A stretch of 64,000 bases of DNA from a virus, in the IMG/VR virus record IMGVR_UViG_3300023176_007894, positions 32,001-96,000 of that record, one strand, 5' to 3'. Shown here one piece after another: positions 1-8,788 of the stretch (the first letter of the stretch is position 1; each line of letters opens with the position of its first letter). The notes under the pieces are model-generated. The model was not told the DNA's origin, did no database searches, and worked only from the letters and a program-made list of their open reading frames with translations. Made by a program: the position numbers and the translations under genes.

Positions 1-29
1 CATAATTTTTAAGAGTTTGAGGTTAAAGG

Positions 30-161
30 TTAGGAAGCCAACTTGGCTTCGAGTTGGGAAATTTCTTCCCGAAGAGCTACACGCTCTGCGATGGTGAGGA
101 CGCAGTCCTCAAGGGTTTCCCGAAGGATTGAGATTTCGATTTCGATTTGTTCTTTGTTCAT
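30..161 (-). CDS. Small hypothetical early protein (43 aa, MNKEQIEIEISILRETLEDCVLTIAERVALREEISQLEAKLAS)
   Basis: Translated by hand (below ORF-track cutoff): ATG at 161 to TAA at 30, downstream of a sigma70-type promoter. Another minus-strand ATG at 1-3 runs off the window. Confidence 0.65.
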   Translation of the reverse strand: MNKEQIEIEISILRETLEDCVLTIAERVALREEISQLEAKLAS

Positions 162-207
162 AATTTTTAGCAATTTGAGATTAAAACTTTCTTAACTTTA
201 TATATAC

Positions 208-236
208 AAGATAGCACAGGTTTGGTCAAAAGTCAA
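208..236 (-). promoter_or_regulatory. Sigma70-type early promoter TTGACT-N17-TATCTT (extended TG)
   Basis: Minus strand reads TTGACT tttgaccaaacctgtgc TATCTT. Shares 19 bp (200-218) with the copy at 351-369. Confidence 0.75.
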
Positions 237-352
237 ATTTTTTTTTTCACTTTTTTTTCGATTATTTTAGTGAGAGTAGAAAGAACATTCTTCTTGCCTT
301 TGGCTTTCATTCGACGGGCGAGCTTTTGGAGTTCATTCTTTCTCTTAATCAT
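233..352 (-). CDS. Small basic hypothetical protein (39 aa, MIKRKNELQKLARRMKAKGKKNVLSTLTKIIEKKVKKKI), probably leaderless
   Basis: Translated by hand. ATG lies 6 nt after the -10 box at 359-364. Confidence 0.55.
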   Translation of the reverse strand: MIKRKNELQKLARRMKAKGKKNVLSTLTKIIEKKVKKKI

Positions 353-358
353 ATATAC

Positions 359-387
359 AAGATAGCACAAGAACCTCGAAAAGTCAA
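359..387 (-). promoter_or_regulatory. Sigma70-type early promoter TTGACT-N17-TATCTT
   Basis: Minus strand reads TTGACT tttcgaggttcttgtgc TATCTT; same architecture as 208-236. Confidence 0.75.
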
Positions 388-597
388 GAAAAACTTTCAA
401 CTATTTTCTTGCACGATCCTACCGGAGGGGGTGGGTTGACCTATCCCATTAAATGAATTCATTTTTCTTTTACAGCTTTTCTAGATCGCGGGGGGTCCCT
501 TTTTTCAATATCAAAACACTTTTACATTATATAATATATTTGTTCGACTCAAAAAAAATCGGCACATATTTGTGTATATATACAAATATATCAAATT

Positions 598-1332
598 ATG
601 CCTCGACGCAAGAAAAAAACCGAGATCGTGAATGAAGAAGAAATTGAAAAAATTCGAACTTCATTAACCAAAACTAACATAAAGTTAAAAAAAGTTTCAT
701 TAACTGACAAACAGCTTGAATTATTGCGCATAATATTTGAGAACGACAGCAAGATCATATTCATAAGTGGTCCAGCAGGAACGAGCAAGACATTTGTCGC
801 AATATACGGCGCTTTACAGCTTTACAACATGAACAATGAACGCGGCATTACTTATGTTCGCACAATTGCAGAGAGTGGCGAAAAGAGCTTGGGTGCATTA
901 CCGGGCGAAATGGCGGAAAAGATCAATCCATACATGATGCCGATGAACGAAAAGCTTGACGAATTACTGATACCTGGCCAATCAAGCATAATCAAAGAAA
1001 AAGAAATAATAAAAGGCATGCCGATTAACTATCTTCGTGGTGCCAGTTGGCGTGACGAAATTGTCATCGCGGACGAAAGTCAAAATTTCACATTCAAAGA
1101 ATTAACCACCTTGATGACCCGCCTTGGCGAGGGCAGCAAATTACTTATTTGCGGCGATCCGATGCAAAGCGACATCAATGGAAAGAGCGGATTTTCAGAC
1201 ATGTACTCATTATTCGACGACGATCAAAGTAAAGAACAAGGAATACATACATTTTACTTTGGACCAGAAGACATCAAACGAAGTGAAATACTAAAATATA
1301 TAATTGAAAAACTAAAAAACCACAAAAAATGA
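598..1332 (+). CDS. phoH: PhoH-family ATPase
   Basis: GPAGTSKT Walker A, LGALPG, YLRGAS, IADESQN and GDPMQSD motifs. Confidence 0.92.
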   Translation: MPRRKKKTEIVNEEEIEKIRTSLTKTNIKLKKVSLTDKQLELLRIIFENDSKIIFISGPAGTSKTFVAIYGALQLYNMNNERGITYVRTIAESGEKSLGALPGEMAEKINPYMMPMNEKLDELLIPGQSSIIKEKEIIKGMPINYLRGASWRDEIVIADESQNFTFKELTTLMTRLGEGSKLLICGDPMQSDINGKSGFSDMYSLFDDDQSKEQGIHTFYFGPEDIKRSEILKYIIEKLKNHKK

Positions 1333-2516
1333 ACGACGAAACATATTTACCAAAAATAGAAATTCACGAAGAACTAAATTCTCTTAGTCAAGTAATCGAC
1401 TGGGGCTTGAGACAATCCAACATTCCAGAAACCTGGAAAATCACCCAAGGTGAAGGCATTACTGTTCTTGTTATTGACACGGGCATGGTTGAACACCCCG
1501 ACGTAGGAGATAATGCAATTCCTGGAGAAAACTTTATACCGAACGAACCATTAGAGGACGAAAATGGTCACCAAACTCACTGTGTTGGCATAATTTGCGC
1601 GAAAAACAACGAAGTTGGCATGGTTGGTGTGGCACCCAAAGCAAAAGCGATTTGTGTCAAGGCCTTGGGCAAAAGTGGCGGAGGAAATTATATTGGTCTC
1701 GCGGCTGCTCTTGATTATGCTATAAAAATCAAGCCTGATCTTGTTTCAATGAGCCTTGGAGGCTCTACTCCATCCCCCATTTTGCATGAAAAAATAAAAA
1801 AATTATATGAAATGAACATTCCTGTTATATGTGCCGCAGGAAATACTGGACAGGGCGGAGTTAATTGGCCCGCAGCCTTTGACGAGACTATAGCTGTTGC
1901 CGCGCACGACAAATATGGAAACATCGCATATTTTTCATCTCGCGGAGAAAAAGTTGAATGGGCTGCTCCAGGAGTGGGAATATATAGTACATATATAAAC
2001 AACATGTATAGAAAATTAAGCGGAACATCCATGGCGTGTCCATTTATCGCAGGTGTTGTTGCACTCATGTTATCCAAGCACAAAAAACAAGAACAAGAAG
2101 AAAATAAAAATGACTGCAAAACTGTAGAACAAATCAGAGAACACTTGCTAAAATATACTCTTGATCGCGGAACACTTGGAAAAGATAACGACTGGGGTTA
2201 TGGAATAATTGACGTTGAAAAATTGATCAAGGGCGAAAAACCCGAACCGAAACCCGAACCGAAACCTGAGCCAGAACCAGAACCGAAACCTGAACCGAAA
2301 CCTGAGCCAGAACCAGAACCGAAACCTGAACCGAAACCTGAGCCAGAACCAGAACCGAAGCCCAAGAAAAGCAAAATTCACTATATTCCATGGATTGTTG
2401 TGGGCGTGGTAGCTATTATTGCAATCGCCATGATATTTTCTTCATCAAATGATGATCAAGAAGGTTTAGATATTGACTTTGACGAAAAATACCAGCAAGA
2501 AATCAATCGAAACTAA
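1329..2516 (+). CDS. Subtilisin-like S8 serine protease with Pro/Glu/Lys linker and C-terminal TM helix
   Basis: Catalytic motifs VIDTG, NGHQTHCVG and SGTSMACP; oxyanion AAGN; PEPK repeat; hydrophobic IPWIVVGVVAIIAIAMIF. Confidence 0.92.
   Translation: MNDETYLPKIEIHEELNSLSQVIDWGLRQSNIPETWKITQGEGITVLVIDTGMVEHPDVGDNAIPGENFIPNEPLEDENGHQTHCVGIICAKNNEVGMVGVAPKAKAICVKALGKSGGGNYIGLAAALDYAIKIKPDLVSMSLGGSTPSPILHEKIKKLYEMNIPVICAAGNTGQGGVNWPAAFDETIAVAAHDKYGNIAYFSSRGEKVEWAAPGVGIYSTYINNMYRKLSGTSMACPFIAGVVALMLSKHKKQEQEENKNDCKTVEQIREHLLKYTLDRGTLGKDNDWGYGIIDVEKLIKGEKPEPKPEPKPEPEPEPKPEPKPEPEPEPKPEPKPEPEPEPKPKKSKIHYIPWIVVGVVAIIAIAMIFSSSNDDQEGLDIDFDEKYQQEINRN
2238..2364 (+). repeat. Coding tandem repeat, about 3 x 36 nt (PKPEPKPEPEPE)
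   Basis: Units of ccgaaacctgaaccgaaacctgagccagaaccagaa are visible. Confidence 0.9.
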
Positions 2517-2535
2517 TCTCATACAAAAAATTAAA

Positions 2536-2552
2536 GTGTATTAAAAAACATG
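2536..2552 (+). promoter_or_regulatory. Representative GTGTA-N9-ATG putative phage late promoter (motif recurs at least 15 times)
   Basis: GTGTA at 2536, 5430, 6389, 7090, 12630, 17118, 48010, 50633 (+) and 6361, 20121, 29771, 38312, 43672, 47927, 57279, 63526 (-), each 9-11 nt before an ATG. Confidence 0.75.
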
Positions 2553-4226
2553 TCGAATTATAGTCTTAAAGGTATCGCGGAGTCAATTGATAACCTAACA
2601 ATTAACCCTCAAAGTTCTTCATCAACAAGTGTCACGACACTTGTTGCAATGAATGATGCCCAAGGAAACTCGCAAAGTCTATATGACCTCTATGTAGGAA
2701 TTTGCTTTGTACGATTTGGTGACGAAGGAATAGATAGTGATGATGGACCAAATGATCGCGCCGTAATTGCTAACTCAACTAACGTCCTTACTGCCGACAA
2801 CAGCATTCAGGTCACCAATCATGGATTTGACATTGGTGATGTAGTTCGATTTACCACATCTAGCGGAAGTAATTCGACAGGTACTTTACCAAGCGGATTA
2901 TCTACAGATACTGACTACTATGTAGTATATAATGCCCATCCAAATTTTATTAGAGTATCAACTACTTCTGGTGGCTCCGCTGTCAACATTACAGATGTAG
3001 GTAGTGGAACTTTTTATGTTACTCGAAATGCATTTATCGCACTTGATGCACAAGATTGGCTAAGCACGGGTAGTAGCGCTATAAATGTATTGGCTGTTAA
3101 TTTTAAATTTAGATATGGCGTTCAAGCTTACAAATGGCTTTCCAGATATACCACTGTTCGCAAAATGGCATTTTTAGTCGGATTGCCTGAAGATCGAGCT
3201 GGGTCGACTGCTAATGGCGCGCGTTACGCCGAATGGAATTCGCTCAGCAGTTCAAGCACAAGTTATGATCCAAGACCATCTATAATGGGAGGACGTGAGT
3301 GGGAAAATTTTGACGATGTATATTTTTATGGCCTGCTGCTTCCACAAGAAGATGCGCTAACCAACTATCTTGGCAAAAGGACAGGAGCAATTAGTTTTTC
3401 TTTTGGCGGAAATAGTTATCCTGCGGAAGGAACTGGTTTTTCTTCAGATACATCTAGTTATGGTTTGGGAACAACTGGAACTGTTAATGGACATTCCCGT
3501 GACGCAAACTTGTGGAGAAATGCCGCTTATGCAGCTTTTGAACGATGTCGTATAGTCGCGTATGTTACAACAAATGTTGGTCATCTTTTTTGGTTTCGAT
3601 ATACCAATAAATTATATATGCAGAATATCCACTGGGTTATACAAACCTATTCGGGAGGCGAGCTCTCTACTGCATTCATGATAGGTGCAAAAGTAACAAC
3701 TTTCGTCAACCTTAGACTCGCAGTCTGGACTGCAGCAACGACGGGAAGTAGTTGGCGTGGCTTTATGCATGGTAATTCTGCGCCGATTGAAATAGGCGAA
3801 GGAGCCGGAACAGTTTACATAATGGGTAGCGTTTTTCAGATTTCGACAGGATCCGACCTGACCGATCCGGACATGTTAAAATGCGGCGGCAAAGGGACAC
3901 TAACTATAGATCCGAACAATCAGTTTATGTACGTGAATTATTATTCTGGTATTGGCTATCCATACAAGGAACGTGCAAAAATAGTTCAAGGAATGTACTG
4001 TACCAACGCCAGTCACATAGCCAGAGGTTTTAGGCTATCACAGGAAAACTGGACACTAGCGAACGGGACAGCTTTGGACGTAGGTCTGCAGGCCGGAACT
4101 GTGACCTGGTTCTATAAAGATATGAATGGAAACAGTCGGGTGTACGGTTCCCAACCTGGAACTTATTATTATTGGAATGGGTCGGCATGGGTCGGCATGA
4201 GTTCTCATAGATTCTATATATCATAA
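2550..4226 (+). CDS. Putative virion or tail-associated protein (558 aa)
   Basis: S/T/G-rich; segment VTNHGFDIGDVVRF...LPSGL...YYV resembles phage fibre/baseplate modules; GTGTA motif upstream. Confidence 0.55.
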   Translation: MSNYSLKGIAESIDNLTINPQSSSSTSVTTLVAMNDAQGNSQSLYDLYVGICFVRFGDEGIDSDDGPNDRAVIANSTNVLTADNSIQVTNHGFDIGDVVRFTTSSGSNSTGTLPSGLSTDTDYYVVYNAHPNFIRVSTTSGGSAVNITDVGSGTFYVTRNAFIALDAQDWLSTGSSAINVLAVNFKFRYGVQAYKWLSRYTTVRKMAFLVGLPEDRAGSTANGARYAEWNSLSSSSTSYDPRPSIMGGREWENFDDVYFYGLLLPQEDALTNYLGKRTGAISFSFGGNSYPAEGTGFSSDTSSYGLGTTGTVNGHSRDANLWRNAAYAAFERCRIVAYVTTNVGHLFWFRYTNKLYMQNIHWVIQTYSGGELSTAFMIGAKVTTFVNLRLAVWTAATTGSSWRGFMHGNSAPIEIGEGAGTVYIMGSVFQISTGSDLTDPDMLKCGGKGTLTIDPNNQFMYVNYYSGIGYPYKERAKIVQGMYCTNASHIARGFRLSQENWTLANGTALDVGLQAGTVTWFYKDMNGNSRVYGSQPGTYYYWNGSAWVGMSSHRFYIS

Positions 4227-4265
4227 TCAAAATGGAATACTCGATACCTCGAAAGGACAAATAGA

Positions 4266-4556
4266 ATGAATGTAATATATAAAATATATAACTCTCATGG
4301 TGAATTTGATCATTATTGGCACCCAGCGAAATCTGGAACATTACTTCCGGATCAATATTGCGAATGCGAACATGATTCCATCATAGAACTTCATCAAGAT
4401 CCTAATTTCATTACGGCTTGTAATTGCGATAATAACCAAGGCACACCTGTAGAAACTGGGCAACTTTTAGCCGAAGATTTAATTTTACAAAGTGGTTTGA
4501 TAGTTGAGGGAGGTCCTCCACCTTGCGACCTTCCTCGTCCAGAGCCAGAGGAATAA
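4266..4556 (+). CDS. Hypothetical acidic Cys/His-containing protein
   Basis: ORF directly after the putative fibre gene. Confidence 0.6.
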   Translation: MNVIYKIYNSHGEFDHYWHPAKSGTLLPDQYCECEHDSIIELHQDPNFITACNCDNNQGTPVETGQLLAEDLILQSGLIVEGGPPPCDLPRPEPEE

Positions 4557-4578
4557 AAGACTTCTTGACAAAAGATTT

Positions 4579-4890
4579 GTGAAGTTAATTATCGAATCTT
4601 GCTTGACTGAACCTCCGAGTGAAATTTCTTGCTTTCGTGATTTAACATTATTTGCAAAGACTTTTGTCTTTGAGGATGTTATACTTGAATGTGTTCCTGG
4701 CACACGAACACTTTATTGGAATTGGTTAAAGAGTCATGGTGCGCATGATTTCGTATCCGACTTGATACGAATAGGCGAGCGAGAAGAGGGGTATACAATA
4801 AAAACCAATCCGCCAGCCAATCTTGTGGTTGATCGAATTGGTTGTTATAATTTAAACTATATTATTTCTCAGTTAAACTTGTTGAGATAA
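4579..4890 (+). CDS. Hypothetical protein (probable GTG start at 4579)
   Basis: ORF 4504-4890; a start at 4579 avoids overlap with the upstream gene. Confidence 0.55.
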   Translation: MKLIIESCLTEPPSEISCFRDLTLFAKTFVFEDVILECVPGTRTLYWNWLKSHGAHDFVSDLIRIGEREEGYTIKTNPPANLVVDRIGCYNLNYIISQLNLLR

Positions 4891-5166
4891 GTTTTTTTCA
4901 AACTCTTGAGCTTCTTCCAAAAGCTTTTCGAGCTGTTCTTCTTGCATAGTTTGTACATCTCTAGTTGCCTGTTTAATAACTTGTTGTTGAACGAGCTGTA
5001 GCAATTGATTAAGAGAAATTACTGATAATGCCTCTGATAATTGTACATTGTTTAAAAATTTATTTGCCAAGTAATTGACTACTCTTGATTGTTCGGCTGA
5101 TAATTCAACTGGTTGATCAGTCGCGGCGTTTTCTGTTGTTTCTTGTTCTTGTGTTGCTGTTGTCAT
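4873..5166 (-). CDS. Hypothetical Q/E-rich helical protein
   Basis: 97 aa ORF, second gene of a short minus-strand unit. Confidence 0.65.
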   Translation of the reverse strand: MTTATQEQETTENAATDQPVELSAEQSRVVNYLANKFLNNVQLSEALSVISLNQLLQLVQQQVIKQATRDVQTMQEEQLEKLLEEAQEFEKNLSQQV

Positions 5167-5172
5167 GTTCTA

Positions 5173-5379
5173 TTATAATATGATTTTTTGATTTTTAAAG
5201 TTGTATAATGGATAATTGTTTTCTTGTGATTGATCAATAAATTCGCGTATTAATTTTTCTCTTTCTAGTTGTAGAATTTTTTCTTTTTGCCATTCAATTA
5301 GTTGATGTTGTTCCCATACTATCCACATTAGATATACGATCAACAGGATTCCGCTGATGATTGATAGGGACTTGTTCAT
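5173..5379 (-). CDS. Small membrane-anchored coiled-coil protein
   Basis: N-terminal hydrophobic helix followed by a charged helix. Confidence 0.6.
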   Translation of the reverse strand: MNKSLSIISGILLIVYLMWIVWEQHQLIEWQKEKILQLEREKLIREFIDQSQENNYPLYNFKNQKIIL

Positions 5380-5444
5380 TACATATTGTATATAATATGC
5401 TATTGGTTTCTAGTATTATTTTGTTTTTTGTGTAATATAAAAGT

Positions 5445-5978
5445 ATGGCTCAAATTACGATTAATAATTTAACAACTCAATCTTCTGGGTTTTCTGATTT
5501 TTGGATTCCAGTTTGTGATAACAATGGAAATACTTACAAAGTTAAAGTAAAAGATTTAATTGCCGGATCTGGCGCAAGTTCTGCATCTGTTGCTCCTATT
5601 GTAAAAACTACAACAGTTGTACCTAAGTTTAAAGGATGGGGATTTCCCGCTTATAGGGTCTTCGATGAGGCAGCTATTAACGAAACCAATATGTTTGCTT
5701 CTAGCACTGTTGTTTCTGGAATGATCGGAGGTGTCTCAATAAGCAAGGCGGCTGGGAGTAGTACGGTTGTTTTCGGAAATGCAAACGCTACAGTAAATGG
5801 GGCAAGGGTCTCTCTACAAAGTAGTTCATTCGGAACAGTAAGTGTTCCTAACCGTTTTGGCAAGGGCGGCGGTACAACTACTAGTGCAACCGTACATATT
5901 ACTTGCACAACAAATTCTTTAAAAGTCGAATCGAATGCTCCAGTAAATGTCGTGCTAAATATATACAAAGCAGGCTAA
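5445..5978 (+). CDS. Putative virion structural protein (177 aa)
   Basis: N-terminus MAQITINNL...TYKVKVKDL resembles fibre attachment modules; S/T/G/V-rich; GTGTA motif upstream. Confidence 0.55.
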   Translation: MAQITINNLTTQSSGFSDFWIPVCDNNGNTYKVKVKDLIAGSGASSASVAPIVKTTTVVPKFKGWGFPAYRVFDEAAINETNMFASSTVVSGMIGGVSISKAAGSSTVVFGNANATVNGARVSLQSSSFGTVSVPNRFGKGGGTTTSATVHITCTTNSLKVESNAPVNVVLNIYKAG

Positions 5979-6133
5979 TGCCATTACCTAAACCAAATAA
6001 AGACGAAAAAAACAGCGATTTCATGAATCGCTGTATGAGCGATCTCTCGACCAAAAAAGAATTCAAAAATGTCAAGCAGCGTGCAGCTGTATGCTATACT
6101 CAATTAACTCGCAAGAATAAAAAGAAATCGTAA
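5978..6133 (+). CDS. Small phage protein (51 aa, MPLPKPNKDE...FMNRCM...QRAAVC)
   Basis: ATG overlaps the upstream stop (TAATG); the same module recurs inside ORF 17133-17648. Confidence 0.7.
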   Translation: MPLPKPNKDEKNSDFMNRCMSDLSTKKEFKNVKQRAAVCYTQLTRKNKKKS

Positions 6134-6153
6134 AGTGTTTCGCGGCACTATAA

Positions 6154-6351
6154 TTAATCTTTTCTTTTTTTGCTTTTAATTCTTTGTATTTCTTCAGGCA
6201 GAATTTTAATTACTTTTTCTACCTTATTTTCCATCATCATTTCTGCGGGAGTAGATCCATTCAATCTTGCGTTCTCTGTTTTTAACCAGCTTGTGGATTG
6301 ATATGAATTTAAATTTTTGCTTAAAAGCTCAAGTATAGACCTGTGTGACAT
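6154..6351 (-). CDS. Orphan Xre/MbcA/ParS-type antitoxin C-terminal (DUF2384-like) domain protein
   Basis: WLKTENARLNGSTPAEMM resembles the WLxxpNxxLgGxtP motif; GTGTA motif 9 nt upstream. Confidence 0.65.
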   Translation of the reverse strand: MSHRSILELLSKNLNSYQSTSWLKTENARLNGSTPAEMMMENKVEKVIKILPEEIQRIKSKKRKD

Positions 6352-6402
6352 ATATTATAATACACTTAATCTACAAAATTTACAATTAGTGTATATATTA
6401 AC

Positions 6403-6837
6403 ATGGGTCCTATATTAAATACGATACTCGGAGCAGGCATAAAATTAGTCTGTAATTTAATCAACAGTTGGCTCGAACAAAAAAGACAAGATCAATTAGC
6501 TTTAGCCGCAAGAGACGAAAAAATGCTTGAGGCGTTAATAGCAAATCAATCGTCCACTTCTCGAGATCCTTTTGTGAAGATTACTCGCAGAATATTGTTT
6601 ATGAGTATAACATTTACAATGTGTTTTTTAATGATTTATTATGCAATGAATCCTGATATAAAATATAATCTTATTGTGCCAAAAGGTGATAGCGCAAAGC
6701 TTGGTTTTGGTTCGTGGTTTTTTGGAGGTAATAGTTGGGAAATGGTTGAAATGACAGGTGGTTTAATGCTCGCTTCTTTCATGGATCTTTGTTTTATGGT
6801 GGTTGGATTTTACGCTATACCAAGTAAAAGAAGATGA
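6403..6837 (+). CDS. Membrane protein, holin-like
   Basis: Amphipathic N-terminus, two TM segments, basic C-terminus SKRR. Confidence 0.5.
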   Translation: MGPILNTILGAGIKLVCNLINSWLEQKRQDQLALAARDEKMLEALIANQSSTSRDPFVKITRRILFMSITFTMCFLMIYYAMNPDIKYNLIVPKGDSAKLGFGSWFFGGNSWEMVEMTGGLMLASFMDLCFMVVGFYAIPSKRR

Positions 6838-7112
6838 AGTTATTGAATTTGTTTTTTATTGTTTTTGTTTTGTGTTCGTGTTCTGTTGTTACCCGCACAA
6901 CATCCATCGAGAATCCAAAGCCTGTAGATTTTTCCGAATCAGGTTTTTCTAAATTAGATTTAAATAAAGATGGTCAAATATCCAAGAGTGAATATATAGC
7001 CCCCGAAGAAACAACAAATTTATGGGGCCCAATCATTTCATTTTCTTGCATAGCTGCTGGAATATTATGTTCTTGTATTTTTTTGAATCGTGTATTAAAT
7101 AATAATGAATGA
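6834..7112 (+). CDS. Lipoprotein with EF-hand-like loop and C-terminal TM (possible unimolecular spanin)
   Basis: Lipobox VLCSC; DLNKDGQISKSE loop; C-terminal hydrophobic helix. Confidence 0.5.
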   Translation: MKLLNLFFIVFVLCSCSVVTRTTSIENPKPVDFSESGFSKLDLNKDGQISKSEYIAPEETTNLWGPIISFSCIAAGILCSCIFLNRVLNNNE

Positions 7113-7698
7113 TTTTGCATTAGTTCTTGCGTCAATAATATCTGCCGTAGGCGGAATTATTGGAATGTGGGTAAAAAATAGATTAGACTACAAGAAAAGT
7201 AATAGCGTCGAAAAGGTTGCTGCATCTGGGGTTAATATTTATGAGGCACTCGATTATGTACTCTCCGAAACAAAATGCTCGAGGGCGTATGTTTTTGAGT
7301 TCCATAATGGTGAACATTTCTTCTCTGGTAGGGGTCAGCAAAAGTTCAGTTGCACCTATGAATTTGTGAAGCCTGGCGTTAGCGCGGAAGCGCTAAATTC
7401 ACAAAATCATAGAATATCCAACTATAATCATTATATACATGAATTAATTTCCGAAGAAAAATTCGAATATATAAATATCAATAAAATTCCTGATGAAGCA
7501 TTTAAAATGTTATTAGAGTCAAGGGGAGTATGTGCAATTTATAATGTACCTATAAAGACATTAAATGGTAAAATTATAGGAATACTAGGAATAGATTATA
7601 CATTCGATATCGAAGAGTTTGATTTTGGGCAAGAACATCCTGATGTAGCGAAATTTATGCGTAGACAAGCAAGAATTATAAGTGGTTATTTGATATAA
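7105..7698 (+). CDS. N-terminal TM plus GAF-like domain protein (T4 holin T-like architecture)
   Basis: TM at about aa 4-23; RAYVFEFHNG and VPIKTLNGKIIGILGIDY look like GAF strands. Confidence 0.6.
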   Translation: MNDFALVLASIISAVGGIIGMWVKNRLDYKKSNSVEKVAASGVNIYEALDYVLSETKCSRAYVFEFHNGEHFFSGRGQQKFSCTYEFVKPGVSAEALNSQNHRISNYNHYIHELISEEKFEYININKIPDEAFKMLLESRGVCAIYNVPIKTLNGKIIGILGIDYTFDIEEFDFGQEHPDVAKFMRRQARIISGYLI

Positions 7699-7725
7699 TC
7701 TTTTATACGATTATAATAAAGTACT

Positions 7726-8067
7726 ATGGCATTTTCCTATTGTCCGCACTGCGGCTTTAAAAATTTATATTCTATACGCGCACCAAAATTTTGCGGTGGA
7801 TGCGGCGAGTCCATCCAAGGCTCTCGCGCATCAGCAATTAAAAAATTAAATCCATCAATCAAAAAAACCAAAACAGAATTTGAGGATGATCCCGATGGAT
7901 CTGATATTTTTCATGTTCCAGAACTAACTTCTTTAGCTTATTCAATTGAGCATGACCAAAACAAGTTTGCCCTAAAAGATATGGTGCCCCTTCCAGAGCC
8001 TAAAGATTCTGTAGATAAACCAAAAGTCAAAAAAGCAAGGCGACGTGGAAGACCAAAAAAAGCATAA
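7726..8067 (+). CDS. Zinc-ribbon protein
   Basis: CPHCG...FCGGCG; basic C-terminus RRRGRPKK (AT-hook-like). Confidence 0.7.
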   Translation: MAFSYCPHCGFKNLYSIRAPKFCGGCGESIQGSRASAIKKLNPSIKKTKTEFEDDPDGSDIFHVPELTSLAYSIEHDQNKFALKDMVPLPEPKDSVDKPKVKKARRRGRPKKA

Positions 8068-8788
8068 TTTTCAATACGAAGATAAAGCGCAGGAAATTGA
8101 TCAAGAAATAAAAAAGCGAAGGGGCAAATGGTTCTTGGACTCTCTGGCGTGGTTTGATTTTGAGGACGTAGAGCAGATAATAAAAGCACATATACATAAG
8201 AAATGGCATCAGTGGGATCAAAGCCGCTCCCTGAAGCCATGGATAAATAAGATCATTACTAATCAAATGAAAAATATATTGCGAAATAATTATAGCAACT
8301 TTGTGAGGCCTTGCTTGAATTGCCCATTCAATCAATCTTGTTCAGCTAAAGATGGATCTTCAGGGTCTTTATGCGGATTTACGAAATCAGGACTTCAAGA
8401 CTCTTCTTGTCCGCTGTATGCAAAATGGGAAAAAACAAAAAAGTCTGCATACGATATTAAAATGGCTCTAGCATTAGAAAATCATTCTCACGAAGTTGGG
8501 GGAATGGAAGATCATGGCTTTGACATAATGCAAGCGCAAGAAAAGCTAAATGAATTTATGAAAAAAGAATTGTCTCAAAAGCAATATATGGTATATGAAT
8601 TACTTTATGTCAAGCACGAAGAAGAGGAGAAGGTTGCAAAGATAATGGGCTATAAAACTTCTGAAAAAGGAAGAAAGGCAGGTTACAAGCAAATAAAAAA
8701 CCTAAAGAAAGTATTTAAGCAGAAAGCTCAATCTATACTTGAAAAAGAAGATATAATATCTGTTAAAGGAGGTCTTTCATGGAGCTAA
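8045..8788 (+). CDS. Phage sigma70-family sigma factor with Cys-rich insert
   Basis: Region 2-like DFEDVEQ...WDQSRSLKPWINKIITNQMKNILR; insert CLNC..C..C..C; region 4-like ELSQKQYMVYELLY...VAKIMG. Confidence 0.7.
   Translation: MEDQKKHNFQYEDKAQEIDQEIKKRRGKWFLDSLAWFDFEDVEQIIKAHIHKKWHQWDQSRSLKPWINKIITNQMKNILRNNYSNFVRPCLNCPFNQSCSAKDGSSGSLCGFTKSGLQDSSCPLYAKWEKTKKSAYDIKMALALENHSHEVGGMEDHGFDIMQAQEKLNEFMKKELSQKQYMVYELLYVKHEEEEKVAKIMGYKTSEKGRKAGYKQIKNLKKVFKQKAQSILEKEDIISVKGGLSWS

Noticed and set aside
2148-2381. Antisense ORF with FRFWFWLR repeats
   Set aside because: It is the reverse complement of the PEPK linker repeat in the protease gene
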